A stretch of 64,000 nucleotides of DNA from Candidatus Heimdallarchaeum endolithica (lineage in GTDB: Archaea > Asgardarchaeota > Heimdallarchaeia > Heimdallarchaeales > Heimdallarchaeaceae). The position numbers and the translations under genes were made by a program. Below the pieces are notes generated by a model. The model did not search any database, was not told the DNA's origin, and saw nothing but the letters and a program-made list of their open reading frames with translations. The stretch spans positions 1,024,001 through 1,088,000 of the forward strand of contig CP084167.1 in the NCBI GenBank assembly GCA_021513715.1, in the 5' to 3' direction. Of this stretch, positions 1-10,158 are shown in pieces. Position 1 is the first letter of the stretch, and the number at the start of each line of letters is the position of its first letter.

Positions 1-1
1 C

Positions 2-415
2 GGAACAATTTTAACTCTCTTCCTGCTTCTTTGGTTAAAACAGGTTTTTGAGGTTACTATTATTGGTACAACGAACCCCTCTAGTATTTATGAAGATAAC
101 AAAAACGGTTTCTGGCTCATCAAATTCCTTGACCTAGGAATAGCTATTCCTTTAGGTTTTTATTCTACTTACTTACTATGGAAAAGATCTAGCAAAAGCT
201 TTCCTCTAGTAATACTACTGTACAGTTTCTTTGCTTCAATGATTGCAGCAGTTTTTGGAATGTTAATTACTCAATTTGTATTCAATGATCAAAGCATAAC
301 TTTTGGAAATGGAGTGATTTTTGGTCTTCTAACTGTTGTTACTTGGATTGTTTACATTAAACTAATTATAATCAGACAATCAGCAATAAAAAAGAAAAAG
401 GAGAACTCTTTATAA
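2..415 (+). CDS. Partial (5'-truncated by the window edge) multi-pass membrane protein
   Basis: Manual translation of frame 2 is open to TAA at 413-415: GTILTLFLLLWLKQV...FWLIKFLDLGIAIPL...KKKKENSL*, with several hydrophobic helices. Confidence 0.75.
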   Translation, partial: GTILTLFLLLWLKQVFEVTIIGTTNPSSIYEDNKNGFWLIKFLDLGIAIPLGFYSTYLLWKRSSKSFPLVILLYSFFASMIAAVFGMLITQFVFNDQSITFGNGVIFGLLTVVTWIVYIKLIIIRQSAIKKKKENSL

Positions 416-759
416 TTTAAGAAAAAAATCAATTGTTCTATTTATTGTAAATTCAACTCTTTTTTCTTTTTTCTTCTAACCATTAAAAGTACAATACTTA
501 GTGTTGCAAAAAAACCTAAATAGACCATCAACTCAAGAGCTGTTGGTTTATCTTGATAACCAAATAACGATCTTAAGAATCGCCCTATTTCTGTATTTTT
601 ATCATCTATTAATCCACTATTATCCTATAACTGTTTTTTTACGTAAATTTGTAGAAATTGAGAGAAAATTGAATAAAAAAAAGAAAAAGAAAAGAAGGAA
701 AGGAGAAGAGTAAAAAGGAAGATGAAAATTAGTGCTCATAACGATGATATTAGCTTAAT

Positions 760-1431
760 CTACCTACTAGCGAATAACATCACTATAAACGAAGAAAAGA
801 TTCCTATAATAGAAAGAATCAAAAAACACATTATTATTCTGAAGAGAAGGTTAAAATTTAAAACTAGATATAAATCAGGCAACTTATTTTCTGCATAAAT
901 CAAACCACAGATTAAACCTGTAAAGAGACCAAGCAATATATTCTCAATAAGAGGTTTACAGATAAATTTGATATAGTTTTTTCGCAATTTTTTCTCAGAA
1001 TAACCTCTTGCTCCCAATTGGTTTAATTCAGGAGTTATTATTCTAACAGTTATTCGGCTATAGATTATTATAGTTAATGGAAGAAAAAATAAAGCAAATA
1101 TGAGCTCAAAAAAGATAAAAAACTCCTCAACATTATAATTTAAATCAAGAATTTCATTTACATCTGCTTTTGTAAATATTCGCACATTTGCTTTAGATAT
1201 ATTTAAATTTTTGAGTAAGGATTCAATTGCTTTTTCTATTGCTACATTACTCTGCTCTAGAATTTCATCTTCTTCCTCAAATATATTTATGCCAAATGAG
1301 TCAATTTTTAACAATTTACAATATTCTTGCGATGAATCTATTAGCATGCCATCAAGTTCAAAAGCTTCATCAAATCTAGGAACGATCCTAGCTACTCCTG
1401 CACTCTCAAGAAAGATTTTTTTCCATCTTTC
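760..1431 (-). pseudogene. C-terminal fragment of an FtsX/MacB-like ABC permease
   Basis: TM helices with an FtsX-like 'ELNQLGARGYSEKKL' segment. The frame stays open ~28 codons upstream of the ATG at 1347 (ERWKKIFLESAGVARIVPRFDEAFELDG) and then hits a stop. Much shorter than full permeases. Confidence 0.5.
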
Positions 1432-1506
1432 TTAATGAGAATGATGTCGTATGGAGTTAGATTTACAAACTCTATTCGTTTCTTTTCTTGTTCAGACACT
1501 ATTTAT

Positions 1507-2766
1507 TCACTTTTTGCTTGTTTGTTTTTCATTATATGTTACTACTATTTCTTCTTTTCCTATTATTTTTATTCTTTTTTTTAGCTCAAATTGCGATATA
1601 TCCCTCTTTAGCTGCTCTACTTGCCATTTTTCTAATAATGTTACCAAAAAAATCATTGAATGCATTCCACCAATCTGGTTTGCTCTGTGAAGAACTTCAA
1701 ACAGTTTTAATTTAATCAAACCTATTGATCTACTTGTTGTAACTGAAACTACTGTTAAATTGAATCCTTCGCTTATTACTACATCTATTTCTGCTTTTCT
1801 CCCTTTATGTTTAAAAACTACATTTTTATATAATCTTGCTTTCATATTGTAGGTAGATAAAAAAAGATTAAAGCAAAAGTCTTCTAACCAAACTCCTCTT
1901 AAATATTCAACAAGATTAAGAATTTCTTTTTTCCTGTTATTTTCAATAAGGTTATCTACTAGCTTTTTTAAATTCAGATCACTAATTATTTCAAAGAATG
2001 ATGACAAAAGTTCAGAATTTGTTTCATTAAGATTAAAAAATTGCTTAACATTTTCTTTCTTTCTAATTTCATTTTCTATTTGCTGTAATACTTTATCCTT
2101 TGTAATCGTTATATAACCACTGAGTAGCTTTTCAGTTAGTTCTTTTTTTCCTAAAAGATCTTCAGCAATATTGTTATTTATCTGAACAATCTCTATATTA
2201 TGCAATTTTGAGAAAATGTGTAAATCTATATCGATTATATCACTTAATTTTTTATTTTCAGGTAAACTTACACTTTCTTCCAAACTTAATATTCCTTGAT
2301 GATTCCTAATTTTCTTAATTATAATTTTGTCTAGTTCTGCACTTAAATTTGTTAAACAAACTTCTTTGTAGTTTAAGAGAGAAATAAGAGTATCAATTAC
2401 CATATTCTTTGTACCACTCGTAAATAAGAAAAAAATTTCAGTATAATAATTTAGAGAGTTTAAAACTTGTTCTACTTTTGCTTTAAATTTATTTAATATT
2501 ATTTTTTTCTCATCCACAACAATTCTGTTGAAATTTAAATTACTATTAACTGTTTCCTTGTTTAGAGTTTCAATAATATTTGTAGTAAATTGATTACTTT
2601 CTCTACTTTCAATAAAATAAACATCAATCTGTTCAAATTTTTTGTAATGAGAATCTGCAAAAAACTTCAACCCTATAAATACAGGTAAAGGGCTTCCTCC
2701 TACAGTTGCAAAAATAACCAGTTTACTTCTGGATTTTTTATTTTCATTTTTCTTGTTAATCATCAA
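1507..2766 (-). CDS. CARF + PD-(D/E)xK-like nuclease (DUF1887; Card1/Can2-like cOA-activated effector)
   Basis: CARF motifs 'ATVGGSPLPV' and 'FTSGTKNM'. C-terminal 'GVWLEDF...NV...EIDVV...VVSVTTS' restriction-endonuclease-like domain. Confidence 0.8.
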   Translation of the reverse strand: MMINKKNENKKSRSKLVIFATVGGSPLPVFIGLKFFADSHYKKFEQIDVYFIESRESNQFTTNIIETLNKETVNSNLNFNRIVVDEKKIILNKFKAKVEQVLNSLNYYTEIFFLFTSGTKNMVIDTLISLLNYKEVCLTNLSAELDKIIIKKIRNHQGILSLEESVSLPENKKLSDIIDIDLHIFSKLHNIEIVQINNNIAEDLLGKKELTEKLLSGYITITKDKVLQQIENEIRKKENVKQFFNLNETNSELLSSFFEIISDLNLKKLVDNLIENNRKKEILNLVEYLRGVWLEDFCFNLFLSTYNMKARLYKNVVFKHKGRKAEIDVVISEGFNLTVVSVTTSRSIGLIKLKLFEVLHRANQIGGMHSMIFLVTLLEKWQVEQLKRDISQFELKKRIKIIGKEEIVVTYNEKQTSKK

Positions 2767-2897
2767 GCATAGTTAGTTTATTTCTTTATAATTTCTTCTT
2801 CATTTTCTATTTCATAGACTCTTCTTTTTTTAATTTTATTTATTTTATCTTTCTATTTTCTAAAAACTTTTATTCTCATCTTTTTTCTCTATCAAGA

Positions 2898-3656
2898 ATG
2901 AGTTTAGACTTGCAAGACTTTCAACGTTTGGTTATTAGAGTTAAGTTGGATAAGGCTGTTTCTTATTCTAGCTTATTTAATAAATCCTCTTTAAATTATT
3001 GGTCTAACTTTTTGCAATTGGACTTAAGTAGAAATAGAATTATTTCTTCATTTTTTATTCCTGAAAAAAACAATTTCTCCTTTTATATTAACAATAAATC
3101 TACGCAATCTTTTGATCTCAATATTACCTATTCTAATCTAAAGATTCAACAATCTTTTATTGAAAATATTCTTCTGGAGACCAACGAATTCTTTTTTTCT
3201 TCCTTCAATATTTCTATTGAGAACTTGTTTGTTCATAGAATTCCTTCTTTACAAAAAATTTCATCTTTAGATAACACTTATGTTTCCTTCTATTTTACTA
3301 ATCCTACATTTATCCTTTCTTATGATGGAGCTAACAAACGGTATGCTCTTCCTACTCTTTCTTCAATTATTGAATCTCTTGAAACAAGACTTAATGAATT
3401 TCATTCTGAATCTGTTCTTTCCTCTATTATTACACAAATTGATTTATCTTCTTTGGATTATTCAATAAGCTCATACAATCTTAAAAGCTTAAATATCGAT
3501 GAATTGGGTGTGGGTTGTTTAGGTCAGGTTACTTTCTTTTTTACTCATATACCTAAAGAACTTCACTATTTATTCTATTTAGTTAATGTTTTTGGACTTG
3601 GAGCATATTTTGAAAGAGGATTAGGATGGGTTAATGTTAAAACAAAGGGAGAATAG
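2898..3656 (+). CDS. cas6: Divergent Cas6 family RAMP
   Basis: 'FTNPT' motif and C-terminal G-rich loop 'GLGAYFERGLGWV'. Convergent with cas3. Confidence 0.75.
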   Translation: MSLDLQDFQRLVIRVKLDKAVSYSSLFNKSSLNYWSNFLQLDLSRNRIISSFFIPEKNNFSFYINNKSTQSFDLNITYSNLKIQQSFIENILLETNEFFFSSFNISIENLFVHRIPSLQKISSLDNTYVSFYFTNPTFILSYDGANKRYALPTLSSIIESLETRLNEFHSESVLSSIITQIDLSSLDYSISSYNLKSLNIDELGVGCLGQVTFFFTHIPKELHYLFYLVNVFGLGAYFERGLGWVNVKTKGE

Positions 3657-3662
3657 TTTCTT

Positions 3663-6293
3663 TTATTCATATTCTGACAATTTCTTTGAGTTATATAACA
3701 ATGGTATATTTAAACCTCCATTTTTGCTATAAAATGGGTCATCTAGTTCTTTTACATAACCTAATATTTCTCCTTCTTCCTCAGAGCTTATGATAAACAA
3801 CTTATAATGGTCTGAAATTTTTTCTTTAAGCATTTTCTTCTGCTTTTTAGTTAGCGAAATAGCTTTTGTTCTGTATTCATAAAGATAAGCCTTTCCCCTA
3901 CTTGAATCTACTCTTTTTAACAAAGATTGATACTCTTTTGATGAATCTAAAATTATTAAGGTTTCATTTTCTTTTTCTTCTATTAACTTAAATGTCTCTG
4001 TCAGGTTCTCTATTTCTGTGTTGTTAAGTTCATCTACACCTAAGTTTGTTGCTTTTTTTTCTCCTATAAGTGTTAATTTATCATAATATTCATTGATTAT
4101 TTTATTTATCTCATTTTCTTCTATCTTGTCATATTTTTCTAGAACCTTTCTTGTTTCCCAGATCATTGTAGTGTCGTAAATCATTTTGTAGTAAGCTGCG
4201 TTCTCTGTCCCTGGTTTAACTAATTCAACTATTTTAACCACACCTTTTTCTTTATTATATCTATTACATCTTCCTGCTACTTGAATTAGAGAATCTAATG
4301 GCGCCATATCTCTGAAAACAACGTCAAAAGTCACATCTATTCCAGCTTCTATTACTTGAGTACAGACTAAAATTCTTTTTTTCTCTTTTTCTTTCAGTTT
4401 TTCTATTACCATTTTCCTATCTTTATGAGTTACAACTGAAGAAAGGAAGTATATTGGCTCTTTAGGAAATTTTTCAATAAGATAGTCAAACAATAATCTT
4501 GCGCTCTCTTTAGTGTTCAAAACAAACATTACTGACTTTTCCTTATTTTGTATTAAGAATTCTACAGCTTCTTTACCAAATTCTACCAGATCTTTTCTCA
4601 TTTTTGAGTAGTAAATAGTATATCTATCAATGTTTGCCTTTTTTTCATTAAATTTTATTTCGTATAATTTTCCTTTATATTTATTCCATTCGTAAGGATA
4701 GCTAATAGCTTTTGGATTCGTTGCACTACCCAGTATAACTTTACAGCCTAAAATTTCTGTTAACTGATGGATTAGTGTTGAGATTAATTGCCAGTATTTT
4801 ATTGGAATACTTTGTATTTCATCAAAAATTATTATGGACCCTGCAATTCTATGAAACCTCAGTAAATTTCTTTTCTTTCCTCCTAGCAATGAGTTCCAAA
4901 AAGAGACAAAAGTTGTTACTATGATATTAGAGTTCCATAGATAAATATAATCTCTGTAAGATTTAATGTTATACTCATCCTTTTCTTCATTTTCAGAGAA
5001 ATAGCTCCACTCTGCTTCTGCTAAGTGGTGATGAATTGTAAGCAAGTCTGATTGTTTAATTTTCTTTTCCTCAAGGAGAATATTCCTTAAAGTTTCACCT
5101 ACTTGGTCAGTAATTGAAATAAATGGTAAACAGTATATAATTCTAGGAATAACTTGTGATTTTTCATATATTTTATGTCTTAAATTAAACGCTAAATTGA
5201 GAAAAGCTAGCGTTTTTCCTGAACCAGTAGGATAAGTCACAGAAATGATATTTTCTTCTTGTAACTTTTCTAAAGCTTCACTAGATTTTTCCCACAGTTT
5301 TTGCTTTAGTTTCAATAACTCATCTTCAGTTTTTTCATCTATTGGAGCAAAGTTCTTTTTTCTATATTCTTCTATTATTGTTCTTTCTAGCTTTATTTTC
5401 TTGTTTTCAAAATTCATAAAGTGTTCTTCGCTATCTTCAATATGTGATTTAGCATCCCATTCGTCAAGATCACACAATAGCGAATAATAATAGATAATTA
5501 AAAGAGTAAGTCTATTATCTGTGCAGACTTCGTCCCACAATTCTTCCATTTCATCAAAAACGAGCTCTATATCTTCTACATCGGTTAACTCTAGGATATT
5601 TGATATTGTTTCTTCGACAATTCCATCAAAACGTGGATTCTCTTCGAAAAACTTTACTATAAAGTCAAAAACAGGATTTTCTCTCTTAATATCTATTTCA
5701 TCTTTTGTTAATTTATTCTCCAGGTAATCTATTAGCTCTGAATCTAGGTAGCTATCAAAGTATCTTTTATTAATTTCAGTTATGATCTCTGCAAGGTCTT
5801 CATAAGTTAAATTTGTCCCGTATTTTCTTATTGAAGAGTTTATTGTGTTTGGTAATTTTCCTAAATTATGATGATTAAATATTGCAAAAGTTATTGATAC
5901 AAGGTGCAAATTAAACTCTTTTTCATCTATCTCATTTTCTTGGTATATATCTCTAGCTTTTAGGCCTAATAACCAACAAAAAAGTCCGCCAAGTTGTGAG
6001 TGATAGGTCAAAGTTCTCTTTTTATCAGGATATTTAATTTTCCTTAGTTTATCTTGGAAAAAAGGATTAATCTTTCCGAAGTCATGAGAGAGTATTAGAT
6101 TATTTATAAAGAATGATTCAATTTGAGAAAGGTTGGAACTCTCTATTTTTTGCCTAAATAAAGTAAAGTTCTTTTTGTTTAATTTGTTTGCTTCTTTTAG
6201 CATATTAGATATGTGCCTGCTTAATCTTTGTTTGGGTCTAGCTAAAAGAGTAAACCCTACATTCTCTGTATTATTAATTGCATGCTTAGACAC
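3663..6293 (-). CDS. cas3: Cas3 HD nuclease-SF2 helicase
   Basis: HD motif 'SHDFGK', Walker A 'PTGSGKT', 'DEIQ', 'SAT', 'TQVIEAGIDV' and 'QVAGRCNR'. Confidence 0.97.
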   Translation of the reverse strand: MSKHAINNTENVGFTLLARPKQRLSRHISNMLKEANKLNKKNFTLFRQKIESSNLSQIESFFINNLILSHDFGKINPFFQDKLRKIKYPDKKRTLTYHSQLGGLFCWLLGLKARDIYQENEIDEKEFNLHLVSITFAIFNHHNLGKLPNTINSSIRKYGTNLTYEDLAEIITEINKRYFDSYLDSELIDYLENKLTKDEIDIKRENPVFDFIVKFFEENPRFDGIVEETISNILELTDVEDIELVFDEMEELWDEVCTDNRLTLLIIYYYSLLCDLDEWDAKSHIEDSEEHFMNFENKKIKLERTIIEEYRKKNFAPIDEKTEDELLKLKQKLWEKSSEALEKLQEENIISVTYPTGSGKTLAFLNLAFNLRHKIYEKSQVIPRIIYCLPFISITDQVGETLRNILLEEKKIKQSDLLTIHHHLAEAEWSYFSENEEKDEYNIKSYRDYIYLWNSNIIVTTFVSFWNSLLGGKKRNLLRFHRIAGSIIIFDEIQSIPIKYWQLISTLIHQLTEILGCKVILGSATNPKAISYPYEWNKYKGKLYEIKFNEKKANIDRYTIYYSKMRKDLVEFGKEAVEFLIQNKEKSVMFVLNTKESARLLFDYLIEKFPKEPIYFLSSVVTHKDRKMVIEKLKEKEKKRILVCTQVIEAGIDVTFDVVFRDMAPLDSLIQVAGRCNRYNKEKGVVKIVELVKPGTENAAYYKMIYDTTMIWETRKVLEKYDKIEENEINKIINEYYDKLTLIGEKKATNLGVDELNNTEIENLTETFKLIEEKENETLIILDSSKEYQSLLKRVDSSRGKAYLYEYRTKAISLTKKQKKMLKEKISDHYKLFIISSEEEGEILGYVKELDDPFYSKNGGLNIPLLYNSKKLSEYE

Positions 6294-6315
6294 TTTTTTC
6301 TCACATCAACTATGT

Positions 6316-7113
6316 TTACTGACCAATAAAAGATACGAAAACTTCTTTTTCATCCATTTTCAGTTTAAAAACTTGTTTTGCATTGCAAGAAACTTTCAGT
6401 TTTTTGTTTTTAACATTAAAGATTACATGTTCTGCCTTTTTCAGGACTATTCTATCATTTTTGTAGCTTAATGAAACAGGAATGTTAAACAATATTGAGT
6501 AACCTAGGTCCTCAATTTTCATTATTTTCTCGTTTACAGCTTGAACTGGAACAATAGTGTCTAAGTCATATATTCCTTCATCTAGAGGTTTGTAAGCGTA
6601 TTTTCCTTTTAGCTTAATTTCAGCTAGTAAATTAGCATGACCTAAATATGGAGGGTAACAATATTTGTGCTCTTTTAATCTATTGTATAATTTTTCCATC
6701 AGTTTTTCATCTTCAGAAGTGAAAAAGATTCTATAAGCTACATTTCTAAGCATGTTTAGATTGACAGGGGCAGAAAATCCTCTTTGATCCTTTGATTTTA
6801 CTTCATATGGGTCTTTTGCTAGTATAATTTTTATTCCTGAGGCTAGACTCATTGGATATTTTGTTTGTAAGTAGTTAACTTTTATTTTTGTTCTCCATAT
6901 TGGGTTAAGGATTTGTATAGCTATTTTAGCAGAAGACAAAGGGTGATTTTCCCAGTACTCATTACGTGGTAAACCCATTATTCCTGCTATTAAACCTATT
7001 ACTGCAGTCCTAGGTGGAAAAGGATAAGAGATATTCTCTCTCGTGGTATCAAAAGCTCTAAAGTGAGCAAATTCTCCTAGAATGTCGAAAGTAATTAGTT
7101 CATCCATTCTCAT
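6316..7113 (-). CDS. cas5: Type I-B Cas5
   Basis: 'GEFAHFR...SYPFPPRTAVIGLIAGIMG' and 'PYLG' motifs. Confidence 0.95.
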   Translation of the reverse strand: MRMDELITFDILGEFAHFRAFDTTRENISYPFPPRTAVIGLIAGIMGLPRNEYWENHPLSSAKIAIQILNPIWRTKIKVNYLQTKYPMSLASGIKIILAKDPYEVKSKDQRGFSAPVNLNMLRNVAYRIFFTSEDEKLMEKLYNRLKEHKYCYPPYLGHANLLAEIKLKGKYAYKPLDEGIYDLDTIVPVQAVNEKIMKIEDLGYSILFNIPVSLSYKNDRIVLKKAEHVIFNVKNKKLKVSCNAKQVFKLKMDEKEVFVSFIGQ

Positions 7114-7124
7114 TCCCTGTTAGA

Positions 7125-8090
7125 TTATATTTCTTCTAATTGAATGCCTATTTTACTAATAAGATCTGCAAATGAAGAATATTCTTCACCTTTGTATAAG
7201 TAAGTTAATTCTTTCGTCTCCTTGAATTCTATTTTGAGTATCTTGTCTTTGTAGGACTGTAAAATCTCCATGAGTTCATCTACTACAACTTTAGCATCTT
7301 CACAAGAGAGGATATTTTCTTCGTCTTTTAGTTTTATTTTAGTATCTAATCCGCCAATTTGGAATTCATTTTCTTTTGATACAACTGCAAATAGTAGTCT
7401 TGGATTATGATTAAACTTAGAACGAGTATTGAGTTTTTTCGTTCCCATCCATAAACCTTCATACACATTTTTCAGATCTTCTTCGCTAAACTGTGTTTTT
7501 TTGCTATTATATTCACAAGCAATACCATGGAACATTATTAATGAATAATCAACATAGTGAAATTGACCCATTCCTCCAGCTCCTTGTTCTCCAGTAGAAG
7601 ACAAAACAGTAGTTAATCCCATTGTTACAATTTCTGGCTTGTTTAGTGATTTGCCTATTCCAAATTGTACAGGTCCTGTAATTGAAATATTTGCATTTTT
7701 AAAGGTAACAGCTGCACCAAAAGTTCTAACATCTATGTATTTTTCTGGTAATCTATTTTGCAACTCATCTCTTGAAACTTTATCTACATCACTAATTTCC
7801 AGTTCTTTTGTTACTATATCTTGTAAATTCATAACTGTTTTTTTATCATCTTTTAGTACACGTTTAATAAGCACTTGTTTGCTCTGAGACAACCAATAGT
7901 CCCTTATCGTTCTTTTTAGCCTTAAATCTGTTACTAGATTATATCCTTGTTCATCCATTCTGGGTCTGTTCCCATCATCAGGATCACCATTTGGATTTGC
8001 TCGAATAACATCATACACAAAGATTATTTCCCTTCTATTATTCAATAACACATTTTTCACCTCATTTTCTATTTTATTCTTCTGATTCAT
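7125..8090 (-). CDS. cas7: Type I-B Cas7 (Csh2); exact start uncertain
   Basis: 'ANPNGDPDDGNRPR', 'LKRTIRDY', 'DVRTFG' and 'TGPVQF' motifs. Confidence 0.95.
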   Translation of the reverse strand: MNQKNKIENEVKNVLLNNRREIIFVYDVIRANPNGDPDDGNRPRMDEQGYNLVTDLRLKRTIRDYWLSQSKQVLIKRVLKDDKKTVMNLQDIVTKELEISDVDKVSRDELQNRLPEKYIDVRTFGAAVTFKNANISITGPVQFGIGKSLNKPEIVTMGLTTVLSSTGEQGAGGMGQFHYVDYSLIMFHGIACEYNSKKTQFSEEDLKNVYEGLWMGTKKLNTRSKFNHNPRLLFAVVSKENEFQIGGLDTKIKLKDEENILSCEDAKVVVDELMEILQSYKDKILKIEFKETKELTYLYKGEEYSSFADLISKIGIQLEEI

Positions 8091-8490
8091 TTTCTTCTTC
8101 AGATTCCACATAGAAAGTGAAACCCATCATAAAAGCTAAAGAAAGCTCATAATGTGAACTTTCCCACTCATCTTTGCTTAAGAGATCGTTGAGTTTTTCC
8201 CATAGTCTAGCTTCAGTCTTTGATGTACTTTTATTCTTAGAAATCAAGCGTTTTACAACGCTATTGCACTTATCAGCTAATTTGTAGATTTGTTCATTGT
8301 CTAATCTCTTGGTAAGTACAGGAAGTTTTGTGTACAAACTTGTAGTTTTCAACTCTTTTTTCTCTTTATAAGCTAAAGAACTGTAATATTTCCCTATGAG
8401 GAAACTTATTTTTCTATCTGTTTTTTTAAAGAAATCTCTATTGAGATATTCTTCTATTTTAGCATAGTATTTTTCTGCTTTTTCAGACAT
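8074..8490 (-). CDS. cas11: Cas11-like small subunit (equivalent to the Cas8b C-terminal domain)
   Basis: Helical 138-aa protein with 'SFLIG' and 'LAFMMG' motifs like those of TM1802/Csh1 C-termini. Lies between cas8b and cas7. Confidence 0.75.
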   Translation of the reverse strand: MSEKAEKYYAKIEEYLNRDFFKKTDRKISFLIGKYYSSLAYKEKKELKTTSLYTKLPVLTKRLDNEQIYKLADKCNSVVKRLISKNKSTSKTEARLWEKLNDLLSKDEWESSHYELSLAFMMGFTFYVESEEENESEE

Positions 8491-8493
8491 TTT

Positions 8494-10047
8494 TCACACC
8501 AAAACATTCATTTTTTCAAGTAAAGTAAGTGTATAATGAATAATTTCTTTCTTTTCAGAAACAAACCATTTAAGATACGAGGATTCATCACTCTTAATTA
8601 ATGAAGTCCTAAAAGTCTTCCATATTTTGTTGTAAGCTGCTTTATTAAGAGTTTTTCTTCTTATTTTTTTCTCATTGAAAAGAGATTGAATTATCAATCT
8701 GGCCGTTTTTTCTCCATAAACGTCGAATAAGTGTCTAAAGTTAAAGAGGATTGAATTTTTGTAATATTCATCTGTTTCGCTAAGATTTCTAACGATATTT
8801 TTTATTTGGTTTCTATCACCATAGATAAAATCTTCTACTACTTTTTTCGGATTTCCTGCAGCCATTACATCTTCATAGTAAAAATCAATTATTCCCAAAC
8901 TATTTTCTGAAGCTTGTTTAAGCAATTCTCTCAGATCAACGTCAGCAGAACCTGCTAATTCTCCTCCTTTCTTTAAATCTGTAAGTTGCTTTACATAATT
9001 TTTATATTGTCTTTTTTTCTCCTTTTTTTTACTTTTTTCTGTTTTTTCTATAGAAACTAGTAATTCTTCTATTTTACTTCTTAGAGTTTCTTTTTTTGAC
9101 TCATAGATTTTTCTCCTGTATTTACTAATGTTCTTGATAAAAGTTTGAATGGTTTCTATGTCAGAGCTTAAAGGAATAATGCTATGCTTGATATACTTGT
9201 ATTTTTTTTCTCCTAACTTTAATCTATAGGCTTCAAACTTTAGAGTAGAATCTAGTTCAGAATATCCTTGTCTAACTAGCAGTTCACAATCTTTGCATAT
9301 CATAGCTTGTTTGGCATTTTTATTAAACCCTAGTTGGAAATTTACTTGGTCAACAGAGAAAAACTTGAAGAAACTGCACTTCTCTAAAGGAAACAGTTCT
9401 TCTTTTTTTTCTCCACAAGCAATACAGACAACTTCGTCATCAGAAATTTTCTTTTTTCCTTTTGTTGCTGATTTTTGAAGAAGAAAAAGAGTTCTAAAAG
9501 CTTCAATTTCCCCAGGGTATTTTCCATTTAATTGAAAAACAATAAATTTAGGAGCATTTTTTGTAACTACTAACTGCTCTTTATCTTTTTCTTCTGTAAA
9601 TTCTTGAGTAATGCGTTTATACAATTCTTCACATATTTCTTCGATTTTCTGTTCCATAAGCTTAAAGAAGTCAAGAATTATTGGTTCATTTAATTTCTCA
9701 AGAAAAGAATTGTAGTCTGGAATTTTTTTGAAGTTTATGATCTCTCCAGGAGAAAGTTTAGAAAAATCCTTATCATTGCCTTTTTGATATTTAAGGGCAA
9801 ATAAAGGAGAATAATTACGAGAATTGCCAGATGTAACTCCAGGCAAATAAATGTCTATTTTATCTTGGCTTAGATCTTCTATTTCTATTGAAAAAGTGTT
9901 TTCTTCTAAATTTAAGTTACAAACGAAAATTGATGGAGACTTGGTCAACTTTTTTGCTTGTTCTTCTAGTATTATATCTAGTTCACTCTTTGTTCCTAAA
10001 GTAGCCAATCCAATGTTTCTTAATACACTTACTAACATTCTTTTCAC
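8494..10047 (-). CDS. cas8b: Type I-B large subunit Cas8b (TM1802/Csh1-like)
   Basis: Zn-finger CIAC...FKFFSVDQ...ICKDC and position at the head of cas7-cas5-cas3. Confidence 0.85.
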   Translation of the reverse strand: MKRMLVSVLRNIGLATLGTKSELDIILEEQAKKLTKSPSIFVCNLNLEENTFSIEIEDLSQDKIDIYLPGVTSGNSRNYSPLFALKYQKGNDKDFSKLSPGEIINFKKIPDYNSFLEKLNEPIILDFFKLMEQKIEEICEELYKRITQEFTEEKDKEQLVVTKNAPKFIVFQLNGKYPGEIEAFRTLFLLQKSATKGKKKISDDEVVCIACGEKKEELFPLEKCSFFKFFSVDQVNFQLGFNKNAKQAMICKDCELLVRQGYSELDSTLKFEAYRLKLGEKKYKYIKHSIIPLSSDIETIQTFIKNISKYRRKIYESKKETLRSKIEELLVSIEKTEKSKKKEKKRQYKNYVKQLTDLKKGGELAGSADVDLRELLKQASENSLGIIDFYYEDVMAAGNPKKVVEDFIYGDRNQIKNIVRNLSETDEYYKNSILFNFRHLFDVYGEKTARLIIQSLFNEKKIRRKTLNKAAYNKIWKTFRTSLIKSDESSYLKWFVSEKKEIIHYTLTLLEKMNVLV

Positions 10048-10158
10048 GTTTGTTGTAATTATATGTTATCGTAACTTAAAACTAAAATTGACAATTTTAC
10101 TTATAATAAATTGCTTTTTTAGTAAAAAGTTATAGAAAAAAAAACAAAAAATATAACT

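Noticed and set aside
8491-8496. Selenocysteine recoding of the cas8b TGA
   Set aside because: Not a Cys-type position, no SECIS seen, and the downstream ORF has its own SD and ATG.
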